A DNA stretch of 64,000 nucleotides. Origin: Candidatus Poribacteria bacterium (GTDB lineage: Bacteria; Poribacteria; WGA-4E; UBA9662). Of this stretch, positions 10,089-19,824 are shown one piece after another. The stretch is from contig JAYGDX010000210.1 of assembly GCA_046582655.1 (NCBI GenBank), positions 1 through 64,000 on the forward strand. Reading direction: 5' to 3'. The translations under genes were made by a program, and so were the position numbers. The notes under the pieces are model-generated. The model had not been told where the DNA came from and did no database searches. It saw only the letters and a program-made list of their open reading frames with translations. Each line of letters starts with the position of its first letter. Position 1 is the first letter of the stretch.

Positions 10089-10117
10089 ATTTTAGCTTAC
10101 CGCCTTGGTCATGTCAA
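10089..10117 (-). promoter_or_regulatory. consensus-like sigma70 promoter of the pseudopilin gene
   Basis: TTGACA-N17-TAAAAT on the minus strand, 8 nt upstream of ATG 10080. Confidence 0.75.
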
Positions 10118-10180
10118 GATCGTAAGAAAGAACAAAGAACTCAGTCAAATTAGAACAAATTATTTTCATCACAACGGACC

Positions 10181-12418
10181 TTATTGAAAATTCCATTGGC
10201 AACGTTCAATCCACTCTTTGACTCGATTAATCTTTCCCCTCGGCAAATTATCAATCTTGAGTATCTCATTGAAGTGGTCAGTTGCCAGCTTGTATTTGTC
10301 CGTATGATATCCGTTTACACCAATTAAGCGAAGATTTTCGATTGTTAGGTTGTCAGGTAGTTCTAGAGACTTGGCTTGAAGTAGGTATTGATTTGATTTG
10401 GAAAATTGTTGATCAAGATAGAGTTGCCGTCCGATCAGGTAGTGAATGAGGCCGAAATCTGGTAGCTCTTGCATAACTTCATTAAGAAGCACCATTCTCA
10501 ATCTACTGGAAGGCCTGTTAATCAGAACCAGTTTCAATCTATCTCGGTGGGTCTTTGACTCAGTAGCTAATGCGGCTAGTTTTGCTTGCATGCTTCGATC
10601 AATTGAATCTGAAGCATGCAATGAAAGTGCATCTTGGAAAGTTGAAGCTGCTTCGTCCAGTTCCTCGTTCTGCCAGTGAACATTACCTATAATATTTCTT
10701 GCTTCGGCAACTAAATGTATATTTGATTTCGGGTGATTGATTATCTGTTGAGCAATTTTGATCGTTTCGTTCCGTAGACCAAGCTGATAGTTAGATAACA
10801 TCAGTCCCCTTAAATTTTTGGGATTACTAGAATCGAGTTCATGAATCTGATTGAAGAAATCAATCGCCGTATGCCAATTTGATCGACCATAAGCTGACCA
10901 GGCTTGCTCCGAAAGGTCAGCCACTTCATGGGCACAATGCTCCTGAAAAATACTTGGGCGTTTAAATCGGTATTCAGCAATACGCAGATCCCGATCTGTT
11001 AGGACAACCTGATCCAAAAAAGCCTGCCACTCCCGATCGAGTGTTGCCAAGCTCTTGTTGTAGATTTTCTTGAAATTTCCAGTTGGAAATACATGCTTGA
11101 ATTTCTCAATACCATAGGTGTCAACTAGGAAACGAACGAAGGAACCGGCTACAGTATAGCTTGAGGGGCCTGACTGGATCCAGAATCCAAGTCCCATAAT
11201 TCTCTGTATGGATGGAGCGATATTGAGATCATGCATGGCTCGAGTCCATTGATGCGGGTCTAAATCTCCGCTGTCCCACTCGGCAGCAACTGCGATTCCT
11301 TCATGTAAACCTAGTTTGAGGCTAATTGGTAGAAATGAATGCCATTCCGATGTTAGAACATGTGCCAGTTCGTGCTTCAGAACTGGATGAGGGAAATCTT
11401 CGAAATTAATGTGTAACCCGTAACCCATCACATCCTGTAATGATGTATATTTTGCTCCCATGAGGCGTTTCTTTCGTTTAGGTGAGGTATATATGTAGGA
11501 CCGAACTTTTCTGTCTGGGTTAATCTGGAAATACTTGATTAACTGTGCATATCTGAACTCGTGATCGACTGCAATTTCCTTGATTTTATCTTCAACAATG
11601 GATCCTTTTTCAAAGAATAATAGGAAGTTTCTAGTTTGGTGAAATCCGCCTAACTTTTTTTCGATGAAACTACGTGTTGGCCGTAGACCAAGTTCACTCT
11701 TGTATAACCAGATCAACGAAAACCCCAAAACTAATATCGTCAAAGGAATGAAATTTACCAATGAACTGAGACCGTGAATTCTGGGCTTCTGGTGGATCAG
11801 GATGGAAAGTTGAAAGAAAATCGCAGAGATTAACAAAGTGGTGCCGCGGGCAAGGAGTAGCGTCGACGTAATTGATATCTGCCTGTCATAGATCGGACCG
11901 GGAAAATAACCAAAAGTCGAGTGAAATCCAAATACAGGAGGATCAAAGGCAATATTATGCAGGAGGAGTAAAAGCGTAACGAAATTGTAGCTGAGATAAG
12001 CCAGAAATGCATGGCGTTTCAGTAGTAGCCTAAAACATGTTCCCGCCGATGTGCCGTAAATACAACTGATTACTGGTAACAGCAGGAAAAGTAGAAACCC
12101 TTCGATAAAATTGCAGTTTGGCACACGAAATGCATTGAGTATAATAATCAGAAATGGTAAAATCAGCAAAGTCAGGTTAATAGTTAGAGACAGCCAGAAT
12201 GCGTCACGTATAGTCCGAAATGGTGAGTTCGCAACTTTTGTGAAGTATTCCTGTGTTGTATTGATAGTTATATGAGCAGAAGCTATTGAGACGACAAATG
12301 CAAGAACCGCACAGAACTCAAAGGCAAGCAAATTGAAAAGCGGGATCATGGACATAATTAAGGTTGCCGTTGCCATGATGGCTAGCCATACCCAGTAGTA
12401 TGAGTTAACAGTCTTCAT
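10181..12418 (-). CDS. multi-TM membrane protein fused to a gluzincin-type metallopeptidase and TPRs
   Basis: About 7 hydrophobic helices, then HELAH...HEGIA, then TPR-like helices. Confidence 0.7.
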   Translation of the reverse strand: MKTVNSYYWVWLAIMATATLIMSMIPLFNLLAFEFCAVLAFVVSIASAHITINTTQEYFTKVANSPFRTIRDAFWLSLTINLTLLILPFLIIILNAFRVPNCNFIEGFLLFLLLPVISCIYGTSAGTCFRLLLKRHAFLAYLSYNFVTLLLLLHNIAFDPPVFGFHSTFGYFPGPIYDRQISITSTLLLARGTTLLISAIFFQLSILIHQKPRIHGLSSLVNFIPLTILVLGFSLIWLYKSELGLRPTRSFIEKKLGGFHQTRNFLLFFEKGSIVEDKIKEIAVDHEFRYAQLIKYFQINPDRKVRSYIYTSPKRKKRLMGAKYTSLQDVMGYGLHINFEDFPHPVLKHELAHVLTSEWHSFLPISLKLGLHEGIAVAAEWDSGDLDPHQWTRAMHDLNIAPSIQRIMGLGFWIQSGPSSYTVAGSFVRFLVDTYGIEKFKHVFPTGNFKKIYNKSLATLDREWQAFLDQVVLTDRDLRIAEYRFKRPSIFQEHCAHEVADLSEQAWSAYGRSNWHTAIDFFNQIHELDSSNPKNLRGLMLSNYQLGLRNETIKIAQQIINHPKSNIHLVAEARNIIGNVHWQNEELDEAASTFQDALSLHASDSIDRSMQAKLAALATESKTHRDRLKLVLINRPSSRLRMVLLNEVMQELPDFGLIHYLIGRQLYLDQQFSKSNQYLLQAKSLELPDNLTIENLRLIGVNGYHTDKYKLATDHFNEILKIDNLPRGKINRVKEWIERCQWNFQ

Positions 12419-12660
12419 CGGATCTATAAAATTAAGGTTTTTGATGAAAGCAGGACTTCTAAGTTGGAGAATCGATCCAGCTTACTGTTGAATCGGACGG
12501 ATTTGATTGGGTAGAGCATGGCGTTGGGCATTAGTTTTACCTGTTTGTGTCAGCTGGGATTTCACCTCATATTAATAATGGAATTTAAGTAATTACGTTG
12601 TTCAAAGTCAATCTGAATATGCAGGAGACGAGCAGGGTATTGTTTCCAGGAATTAAATTC

Positions 12661-15600
12661 ATGTTTCGAAGTTTCAGTTGTTTGGGTATATTATACGCGA
12701 CCTTATGTTTCGGCGCTTTGTTTTTACCTTTCAAGGTTGGCAATGCAGAGCAGTCGCGTGAATTACCGAAACATATATTGTGGGGTCATGAGGCCTGGGT
12801 CAGTTCTGTGGCTTTTTCACCCAACGGTGAAATTATCGCTTCCTCTTCAAATGACAAAACGATTAAACTGTGGTCACTTTCAGGTCAGAATGAAATCGCA
12901 ACATTGGAAGGGCATCAAGGAGGAGTTACTTCGATTGCCTTTTCACCGGATGGGAGACTTATTGCTTCCGCTTCAAACGATAAGACCATCAAAATATGGT
13001 CTGTTGAGAATCAACAGGAGATTGCGACTTTGGTCGGACACCGCAACGGTGTTGAAACATTGGCATTCTCACCGAATGGAGCCGTTCTTGCTTCTGGTGG
13101 TAGAGATTATCGGATTAAGCTATGGTTAGTAGCAGATAAGCAGTTAATCAGAACACTCCCTCGACAAGAAAACATCTTACAGTCGTTAGGGTTTTCACTG
13201 GATGGGGATATTCTTGCCTCTGGCTCAGTTGATTTGAAGTTTTGGTCATTAGGTGAACACGATGATGAACTTCCGCCGAAAATGGATACAGTTGAAATCA
13301 TAAGCGATGGCGGTACAGGTCTACTCACTGCGTCCCTACCATCGAAAACCCTTTTGACATCCGGCTTACATAAGATTCGCGTTAAAAGGAAAGAAGGAAC
13401 CAACCAATTTCTAGTTTTCCTGGATGAGAAGAACACTGAAGTCATCACGGATCGTCAGGCCGCTTTTATAAATCTTGAGGGCCAAGAGTTAATCACACTT
13501 CATTTCGGTGAAGAAATCAAACCTGGTATGGCTTTAGTTGAAGTTGAAAAAAAAGAGGCGGAAATAGGTGTGGCAGAAATCGAAAACGATGGTGGTACAG
13601 GCTTGGATGGGATTGACCTCCCGCTAGTAACCCCTTTGATTCCAGGCTTACATAAGATTGATATTGAAAGAGCGGAAGGTGATGGTCAAGATGATTTTGT
13701 AGCTGTCTTGGATGGGTCTAAATCCGTACCAGTTGAGGCTGATGGTAAGGCAACTTTTATTGATGGTGATGGCAGGGAAATCCTTACAATTAGCTTTGGC
13801 GAAGAAATCAAACCTGGTACAGCTTTAATTGAATACATGGTGGCCATACAAGAAACTGGACAACCATTTATTGGAAAAGAAATCGAATTTGAGAGATTAT
13901 ATAAGGGAACCGATTGGATTTGGTCTCTGGACTTTTCACCTGATGGTAAATTGCTAACGTTCGGTCTGTCTGATAATACGGTGAGGCTGTGGTCAGTTGA
14001 GGAGAAAAAAGAGGTCGTAACATTAACTGGGCATACCTCTGATGTATCGTCAGTTGCTTTCTCACCGGATGGGAGGGTTGTTGCTTCCGGCTCACGTGAA
14101 CTGAAAGTTTGGTCGATAGCTGGCAAAGCAGAGATAGCAACGCTGAAACTGGATAACAACTACATCCACTCTTTGGCGTTCTCACCAGATGGTTCGTTGG
14201 TCGTTACTGGTACAAACAATGGCGAAATTCTGATTTGGGATATGAGCCCATTTGTTGACCCAACAATTGTTAGCTTTGTCGTCAGAGAAGCTTCGTTTGA
14301 AAATCTTATTGCCGAAGTTCGGGCTGAAAATGCCAAAAATTTATATGGTTACCAATTTGCTATTGAGTTCAATCCTGAAGTGCTTGAGGTAGAGAGTGTA
14401 TCTCAGGGTAATTTCTTAAAGGAAAGCTTCGGATGGGCAGGTGGGGATGAAACACACTGGATTGCTGGGGAAATCAATAACGAAGACGGAAAGATTTCTA
14501 GTTCTCTCGGCATTCGCATCATACCGGGAGGGGTCAAAGGTAGCGGTGTATTGGCGACAATCACTTTCGTTCCGAAGAAAACAGATGGAAGTGAGCTTAA
14601 GTTCGCGGAACTGAAGTTGTCAAACGAAGAGGGAGATCCGGTTGTTTCTTATTCAGTTAATCAACTCGTACAAATTCCTTCGATCATATCCGCTGACCTA
14701 GAGATAAAAGCATCAATAGAGGGTCCGCTTGTGGTTGCCGAATTAAAGATAGTTGATCCTGTTAACGTTGATGGTTACTCAGTTGATTTGTTGTACACTG
14801 ATAACTTGGAAATTATTCTTGAGAAAGGTCTTGATATCTATGAGAATGTGATTACTGATATTACCGAAGATACAACCTTTAAATTTCAGATTTATCAAAG
14901 TGGGGAGATCAAATTTGAATTGTTAAATGGTCTTCTCGATGGACCACTAAAAACCACAGATATACCGGTGTTGGTTAACGACCAGATTACGGTTGTTGCA
15001 TCTCCAAATTGGGATATCAATAGGGATTACGTCATTGACATATTCGATTTAGTTATTTTGAGTGAGGATTTTGGTCGGCAAATTACCCGTGAATTACGTC
15101 CTAATCCGGATGTGAATAGAGATGGGGTCGTTGATGTTTATGATTTTGTAAAGGTGGGCGCGAAATTCGGTCGAACTTACGATCCTATCGCAACTAGGGC
15201 CACGCCGGCAGTTGCGAGATCAAGAATAGGATCAACAGATCAAATAAGTGTTGATTTCTTAGAAAAGGTCTTGGATCAAATCAAGCAACATCCTCTGACT
15301 GATACGCCTGACTTCGTTAAAACGCGCCAATTACTTCTGAGCCTAATTAAAAGAACAGGATTGCTTCCAACCGAAACGCGCTTATTGGTTAATTACCCTA
15401 ACCCGTTTAATCCCGAGACATGGATTCCATTTGATCTAGCTGATGATGCGTTAGTCACTATTAGGATCTATGATCAACGGGGCAATGTTATCCGACGCTT
15501 GGATCTTGGATATCGACCTGCAGGACGTTATGTGACAAAGGGTAAAGCCGTGTATTGGGATGGGAGGAACGACAAAGGTGAGTCTCTTTCCAGCGGCACC

Positions 15601-15663
15601 TACTTCTATCAGATATCTGCCGGGATTTACGAGGCTACACGTAAAATGATTGTTCTGAAGTGA
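12661..15663 (+). CDS. secreted WD40 + inserted tandem domain + cohesin + dockerin + FlgD-Ig/T9SS-like C-terminal domain
   Basis: Seven WD40 units, cohesin-like NLYGYQFAIEFNPEVL...GSGVLATITF, dockerin DINRDYVIDIFD / DVNRDGVVDVYD, tail NYPNPFNPETWIP. AGGA precedes ATG 12661; the ORF is open from 12598. Confidence 0.85.
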   Translation: MFRSFSCLGILYATLCFGALFLPFKVGNAEQSRELPKHILWGHEAWVSSVAFSPNGEIIASSSNDKTIKLWSLSGQNEIATLEGHQGGVTSIAFSPDGRLIASASNDKTIKIWSVENQQEIATLVGHRNGVETLAFSPNGAVLASGGRDYRIKLWLVADKQLIRTLPRQENILQSLGFSLDGDILASGSVDLKFWSLGEHDDELPPKMDTVEIISDGGTGLLTASLPSKTLLTSGLHKIRVKRKEGTNQFLVFLDEKNTEVITDRQAAFINLEGQELITLHFGEEIKPGMALVEVEKKEAEIGVAEIENDGGTGLDGIDLPLVTPLIPGLHKIDIERAEGDGQDDFVAVLDGSKSVPVEADGKATFIDGDGREILTISFGEEIKPGTALIEYMVAIQETGQPFIGKEIEFERLYKGTDWIWSLDFSPDGKLLTFGLSDNTVRLWSVEEKKEVVTLTGHTSDVSSVAFSPDGRVVASGSRELKVWSIAGKAEIATLKLDNNYIHSLAFSPDGSLVVTGTNNGEILIWDMSPFVDPTIVSFVVREASFENLIAEVRAENAKNLYGYQFAIEFNPEVLEVESVSQGNFLKESFGWAGGDETHWIAGEINNEDGKISSSLGIRIIPGGVKGSGVLATITFVPKKTDGSELKFAELKLSNEEGDPVVSYSVNQLVQIPSIISADLEIKASIEGPLVVAELKIVDPVNVDGYSVDLLYTDNLEIILEKGLDIYENVITDITEDTTFKFQIYQSGEIKFELLNGLLDGPLKTTDIPVLVNDQITVVASPNWDINRDYVIDIFDLVILSEDFGRQITRELRPNPDVNRDGVVDVYDFVKVGAKFGRTYDPIATRATPAVARSRIGSTDQISVDFLEKVLDQIKQHPLTDTPDFVKTRQLLLSLIKRTGLLPTETRLLVNYPNPFNPETWIPFDLADDALVTIRIYDQRGNVIRRLDLGYRPAGRYVTKGKAVYWDGRNDKGESLSSGTYFYQISAGIYEATRKMIVLK

Positions 15664-15821
15664 CAATTTGCAATCTCCTTGAGTAAAGTTAAAGTTACCA
15701 GATATACTTGGCTAAAAACCGTTTTGCCCCGCCTCAATTCAAGCTTCTCTCGCCATGTTTTAACCTACTTGTACTTATCCTACTGAATTTATGAAACCTG
15801 AAACCCAAGGTTACTATTTCA

Positions 15822-17144
15822 ATGCGAACGGCTCGATTTAGTCCACGATTTCGATTGTTGTGTGTTCTATTTTTAGTATTAGCGCTGTCAGCAGTCGGCA
15901 TATGCTATTATTTAACACAACGATACTCAAAAGAATGGAACTATTGGAAAAGACTCTCCGGTTCAGAAAAATCTCTAGCCGTTGAACTAGAGATTGAAAG
16001 GTTTGGGCATCGAGTATTTCCTCCCTCTCCGCAACCTGACAGTTATACACATGTCACGCTAGAGAAACTTGAGCATTCGATGAAACTCGGTGCTGAGTGG
16101 ATTCTCTCTATGCAGGAACCATCCGGACGTTTTCAGTACTGGTACGATCCAGTTCTGAACCAATTCAGTAGCAAGACTGACGATAATTTCTTACGTCAGT
16201 CAGGTACTTCATTCTCTTTGATGCTAGTGTATAAAATGACTGCGAATCTCCGTTATTTTACTGCCGCGCGTCAAAGTATCTCTTACCTTTTGCAGTTCAA
16301 GCAGCAACTTGATGTTGACAAAGCGTACTTTCTTTTTAATGAAAAAGCAAAACTAGGAGGAATTAGTCTCCCGATGCTGACGATGCTTGAGATGCGTCAG
16401 TTGACTGGCACCCGTGAGTTTGACAAGATCTTGAATCAGTTGGCGAATATGATTCTGTTTCTGCAGGCAAAATATCAGACAGGACAATTTAAGAGTACAT
16501 ATGTGTATCGTGGCAATTACGAATATGAGAAGGAAACCGGGTGGGAGTCAAAAATCTATCCTGGTGAGGCATTATATGCCTTGGCCAAAATGTACCTTGC
16601 TTTTGAGGATGTCCGGTATAGACATAGCATGGATTGGGCATTAGAGTTTTACTCCCATGAACGATGGCTGTCACAGGCTTTTCTGCCTTGGACGATCTCT
16701 GCTTTTGTTTCTTTGTACCAACAGACCAGTGAGTCAAAATACTCTGAATACGCTTTTCATTTAAGTGATCGCCTTTTGAAGCAACAGAATCTAGATAGCA
16801 GAGATGCTGTTTATGGTAGTTTCCACGGGTTGCCTTCCGCTAATACTGGGAGTTACATGGAAGCCTTGGGAGATGCTGTACACCTTGCACAATTAGTGAA
16901 AGATCAACGACGGCTTAAATTATATTGTGAACGTGCTAAAATGGGGTATAGATGGCTGTTGATGTTGCAATATACAGAGTCTGATTTTACTGATTCAGGG
17001 CATTTTGAAATGTCAATTGGAGGTTTTAGGGAAAGCTTGGTTAATCCTCAGTTACGTATCGATAACACGCAACATGCAATTAGCTCCTTTGCCAAAGGTT
17101 TACAATTCATTTTTAGGGTTCATCCCCAGCAGATAGTAAAGTAA
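15822..17144 (+). CDS. membrane-anchored alpha/alpha-toroid protein of unknown function (RIDNTQH motif)
   Basis: N-terminal TM; GRFQYWYDP, NFLRQSG, YPGEALYAL, RIDNTQH. Confidence 0.6.
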   Translation: MRTARFSPRFRLLCVLFLVLALSAVGICYYLTQRYSKEWNYWKRLSGSEKSLAVELEIERFGHRVFPPSPQPDSYTHVTLEKLEHSMKLGAEWILSMQEPSGRFQYWYDPVLNQFSSKTDDNFLRQSGTSFSLMLVYKMTANLRYFTAARQSISYLLQFKQQLDVDKAYFLFNEKAKLGGISLPMLTMLEMRQLTGTREFDKILNQLANMILFLQAKYQTGQFKSTYVYRGNYEYEKETGWESKIYPGEALYALAKMYLAFEDVRYRHSMDWALEFYSHERWLSQAFLPWTISAFVSLYQQTSESKYSEYAFHLSDRLLKQQNLDSRDAVYGSFHGLPSANTGSYMEALGDAVHLAQLVKDQRRLKLYCERAKMGYRWLLMLQYTESDFTDSGHFEMSIGGFRESLVNPQLRIDNTQHAISSFAKGLQFIFRVHPQQIVK

Positions 17145-17217
17145 TTATCTGCTTATTGGGGCATACGTTATTTTACTTCCTAATGATCTATAGAAGGCTT
17201 TAATCAGAATCAAAGAA

Positions 17218-18429
17218 ATGAAGAGTTGGTTACTTTATGCTGTTTTAGCGATGATAATAGTGGCATTGACTGCGTTTTTCCTCTCTTTTTACTCCTATCG
17301 TCTCTTCGAGTGGCCAACACGTGGACATTGCTCAATACGACTAACTCGCGCTGATCTTGATCGCTCGCTTGAACTCGGCACTCAATTTTTAATCAATCAC
17401 CAAAAAACCGATGGTCATTTTACTTATGAATATGATTGGATCAATGAGATCTATACTCAATCGGATAGTCAGGTTCGACAGGCCGGAGCGACGTGGGGGC
17501 TAGCATTAATTTATCAGGATCAACCAAGTTTAAAGATTAAAGATGCAGTAGAAAAAGCAATGGGCTTTTTTTATCGCCATTCAAAAATTACGGCTGATGG
17601 GCGACGCTATGTAGTCTATCCCGGAAATCCCACTGGTCATACAGGAACAGTAGCGCTTTGCACTTTGGCGTATATTGAATACCTTCGTGTTCCAAGTTCT
17701 GATATTTATGCAAAAAAGAGGCAACGTTACCTGCAACATCTTGGGGAATACCTCAAATTTCTGATTAAAGCGCAAACGCAGGAAGGGCTTTGGCATCGAT
17801 ATTATGATGCAGATGGTCTTTCTTTTGGTCCCTCTTCTTCTTACTATGATGGAGAATCATTATTGGCCTTGGTGAAGGCCGCGAAGTATATGGATCACCA
17901 AGGACTTCAATCAATTATCATTAAGGCAGCGGACGCCGGCTATGATCGTAATATTCAAGAAGCACTGCGAATTGATCCTGATTCTCGAATAACCAAAGGG
18001 TATTACCAATGGAGTTCGATGGCTTTTTTTGAACTTGCGACCGCAGGATGGCCCAACACGGAAAAGTATAGTGATTATGTCATCAAGCTTGCAGACTGGA
18101 TGATTGATACACATAAGACATTATGGCGGACACGTAACACCGCCTATGCTTATGAAGGTATTGTTCATGCTTATCAATTAGCGGTGCTGGGCAATCATGA
18201 CCAACATATAAGGAAATTTGCCTGCGTTATCGACGCGGGTTTGATGAAATTAACTTCTTGGCAAGTTGGTAGTCCTATGGAAAACGGGTTTATACGCAGG
18301 CATCCTACGCAAAACCCGTATGCCATAGGTGGAATACAAAATCATGCTTTTGAATCCCTTCTAAGGATTGATGTAACCCAACACCAGATGCATGCTGTTA
18401 TTCTGGCTCGTCGTTATGTGTATAATTAA
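17218..18429 (+). CDS. paralogous membrane-anchored alpha/alpha-toroid protein (RIDVTQH motif)
   Basis: N-terminal TM; GHFTYEYD, QVRQAG, YYDGESLLAL, RIDVTQH. Confidence 0.6.
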   Translation: MKSWLLYAVLAMIIVALTAFFLSFYSYRLFEWPTRGHCSIRLTRADLDRSLELGTQFLINHQKTDGHFTYEYDWINEIYTQSDSQVRQAGATWGLALIYQDQPSLKIKDAVEKAMGFFYRHSKITADGRRYVVYPGNPTGHTGTVALCTLAYIEYLRVPSSDIYAKKRQRYLQHLGEYLKFLIKAQTQEGLWHRYYDADGLSFGPSSSYYDGESLLALVKAAKYMDHQGLQSIIIKAADAGYDRNIQEALRIDPDSRITKGYYQWSSMAFFELATAGWPNTEKYSDYVIKLADWMIDTHKTLWRTRNTAYAYEGIVHAYQLAVLGNHDQHIRKFACVIDAGLMKLTSWQVGSPMENGFIRRHPTQNPYAIGGIQNHAFESLLRIDVTQHQMHAVILARRYVYN

Positions 18430-18438
18430 AAAGTTTTT

Positions 18439-18801
18439 TTGATAATGAAAAACGCTTTCAGGCAGGTATTCATCGCTTTATTTTTATTTATTCTATCTTT
18501 GATGATGATTTTAACGTTTATTATCATCAAATGGATTGAATTTGAGTCTATACCAAATCTTCTGATGATGGTTGACTTCACTGGGATTTTACTTTCAGCA
18601 TTAGCTGTGTCAATACTGATCTTAATTAGTATCGGATTAGTATTTGGTTTAGCGCGTGCTTGGTCTACCGAACAACCCGAGTTAGGTGACAAGATTATTC
18701 GTTTGGCAACGGTCACCAACGTTGTCTTAATCTTCGTCTTGGGCGGGATAGGTGGTGGGCTTATTGTTTTGCGAACACTTTGGACAATTGGTTACTTTTA
18801 G
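18439..18801 (+). CDS. small 3-TM membrane protein
   Basis: Three hydrophobic stretches; closely follows the toroid pair. Confidence 0.55.
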   Translation: MIMKNAFRQVFIALFLFILSLMMILTFIIIKWIEFESIPNLLMMVDFTGILLSALAVSILILISIGLVFGLARAWSTEQPELGDKIIRLATVTNVVLIFVLGGIGGGLIVLRTLWTIGYF

Positions 18802-18882
18802 CAGGTTGGATTCTCTAGAAGCAGGCACGACGCTATACTTTAAAATCAAATGTTACAGTAAAAGATAAACCGAAAGCTCAAA

Positions 18883-19824
18883 ATGGCCAATCATGAATAC
18901 TGGGTTGCACTGTCATCCGTTGAAGGAATAGGCCCTGTACGCATTAAGTATTTATTGAAACGGTTTGGGGCAATTGAATCAGTGTTTGAGGCTGAACTGC
19001 TTGAGATTGCCAAGCTGCCGCTGTTTGATCAAGTTCTAGCTTCACGTGTTTCACGTGCTAGATTAGGTCTGATTGAAATTCGGCGTCGGATTGAGTGGCT
19101 GAAGAGTCAAGGTATTTATATCGTGTGTCTTGAAGACTTGGAGTATCCAGCACAGTTGCAAGAACTCCAGAATGCACCGCCAGTTCTCTGTTGTCTTGGG
19201 AAGCTACAAGAAATTCCGTATAATCGATCTGTGACAATCGTTGGATCAAGAAACCCAAGTGATTCAGCTATCTTAGAAACGCTGAATTTAACAGCACAAC
19301 TTGTGGGAGCAGGTTTTATAATTATAAGTGGGCTTGCTAATGGGATTGATACGACAGCACACTTAGGCACGCTTTCAGCTAGTGGGAGAACCGTGGCCGT
19401 GATTGGCTCGGACCTTCTTTCAATCCATCCGGCAGACAATCGTCAACTGGCTACTCAAATTAGTCAGAATGGCATGGTGTTATCTGAATTCTTGTTACCA
19501 ACTCCTCCATCACCGGCAAATCTTATTTCTCGTAACCGAATCATCAGCGGATTGTCCATGGCAACAATTGTGATGGAATCAGCTATGAATGATGGTTCCA
19601 TGCGCACAGCAAAATTCGCACTGGAGCAGGGCCGATTTATCTGTGCCTATGACTGGCAATCAAATGGGAAATTGAAGGAAGGAACACAAGAATTAGTTAA
19701 GCACGGAGCATATCCGATTTCTGCCGAGTGCTTTGACACCTTTATCCAAGCATTGATGAAGCCAGAAACAGATGAAAAGTTCCGTAAAGTTGATCTTGAC
19801 GGTGTACAAATGGATCTGTTTTAG
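18883..19824 (+). CDS. dprA: DNA-processing protein DprA
   Basis: GIGPV HhH/SAM region, IVGSR, ISGLANGIDTTAH, RNRIISGLS, GSMRTAKFALEQGR. Confidence 0.93.
   Translation: MANHEYWVALSSVEGIGPVRIKYLLKRFGAIESVFEAELLEIAKLPLFDQVLASRVSRARLGLIEIRRRIEWLKSQGIYIVCLEDLEYPAQLQELQNAPPVLCCLGKLQEIPYNRSVTIVGSRNPSDSAILETLNLTAQLVGAGFIIISGLANGIDTTAHLGTLSASGRTVAVIGSDLLSIHPADNRQLATQISQNGMVLSEFLLPTPPSPANLISRNRIISGLSMATIVMESAMNDGSMRTAKFALEQGRFICAYDWQSNGKLKEGTQELVKHGAYPISAECFDTFIQALMKPETDEKFRKVDLDGVQMDLF

Noticed and set aside
8291..19824. Dedicated competence island (pilD, pseudopilin, dprA)
   Set aside because: The genes are dispersed, on opposite strands and separated by unrelated genes; no comEC/comEA/comF.
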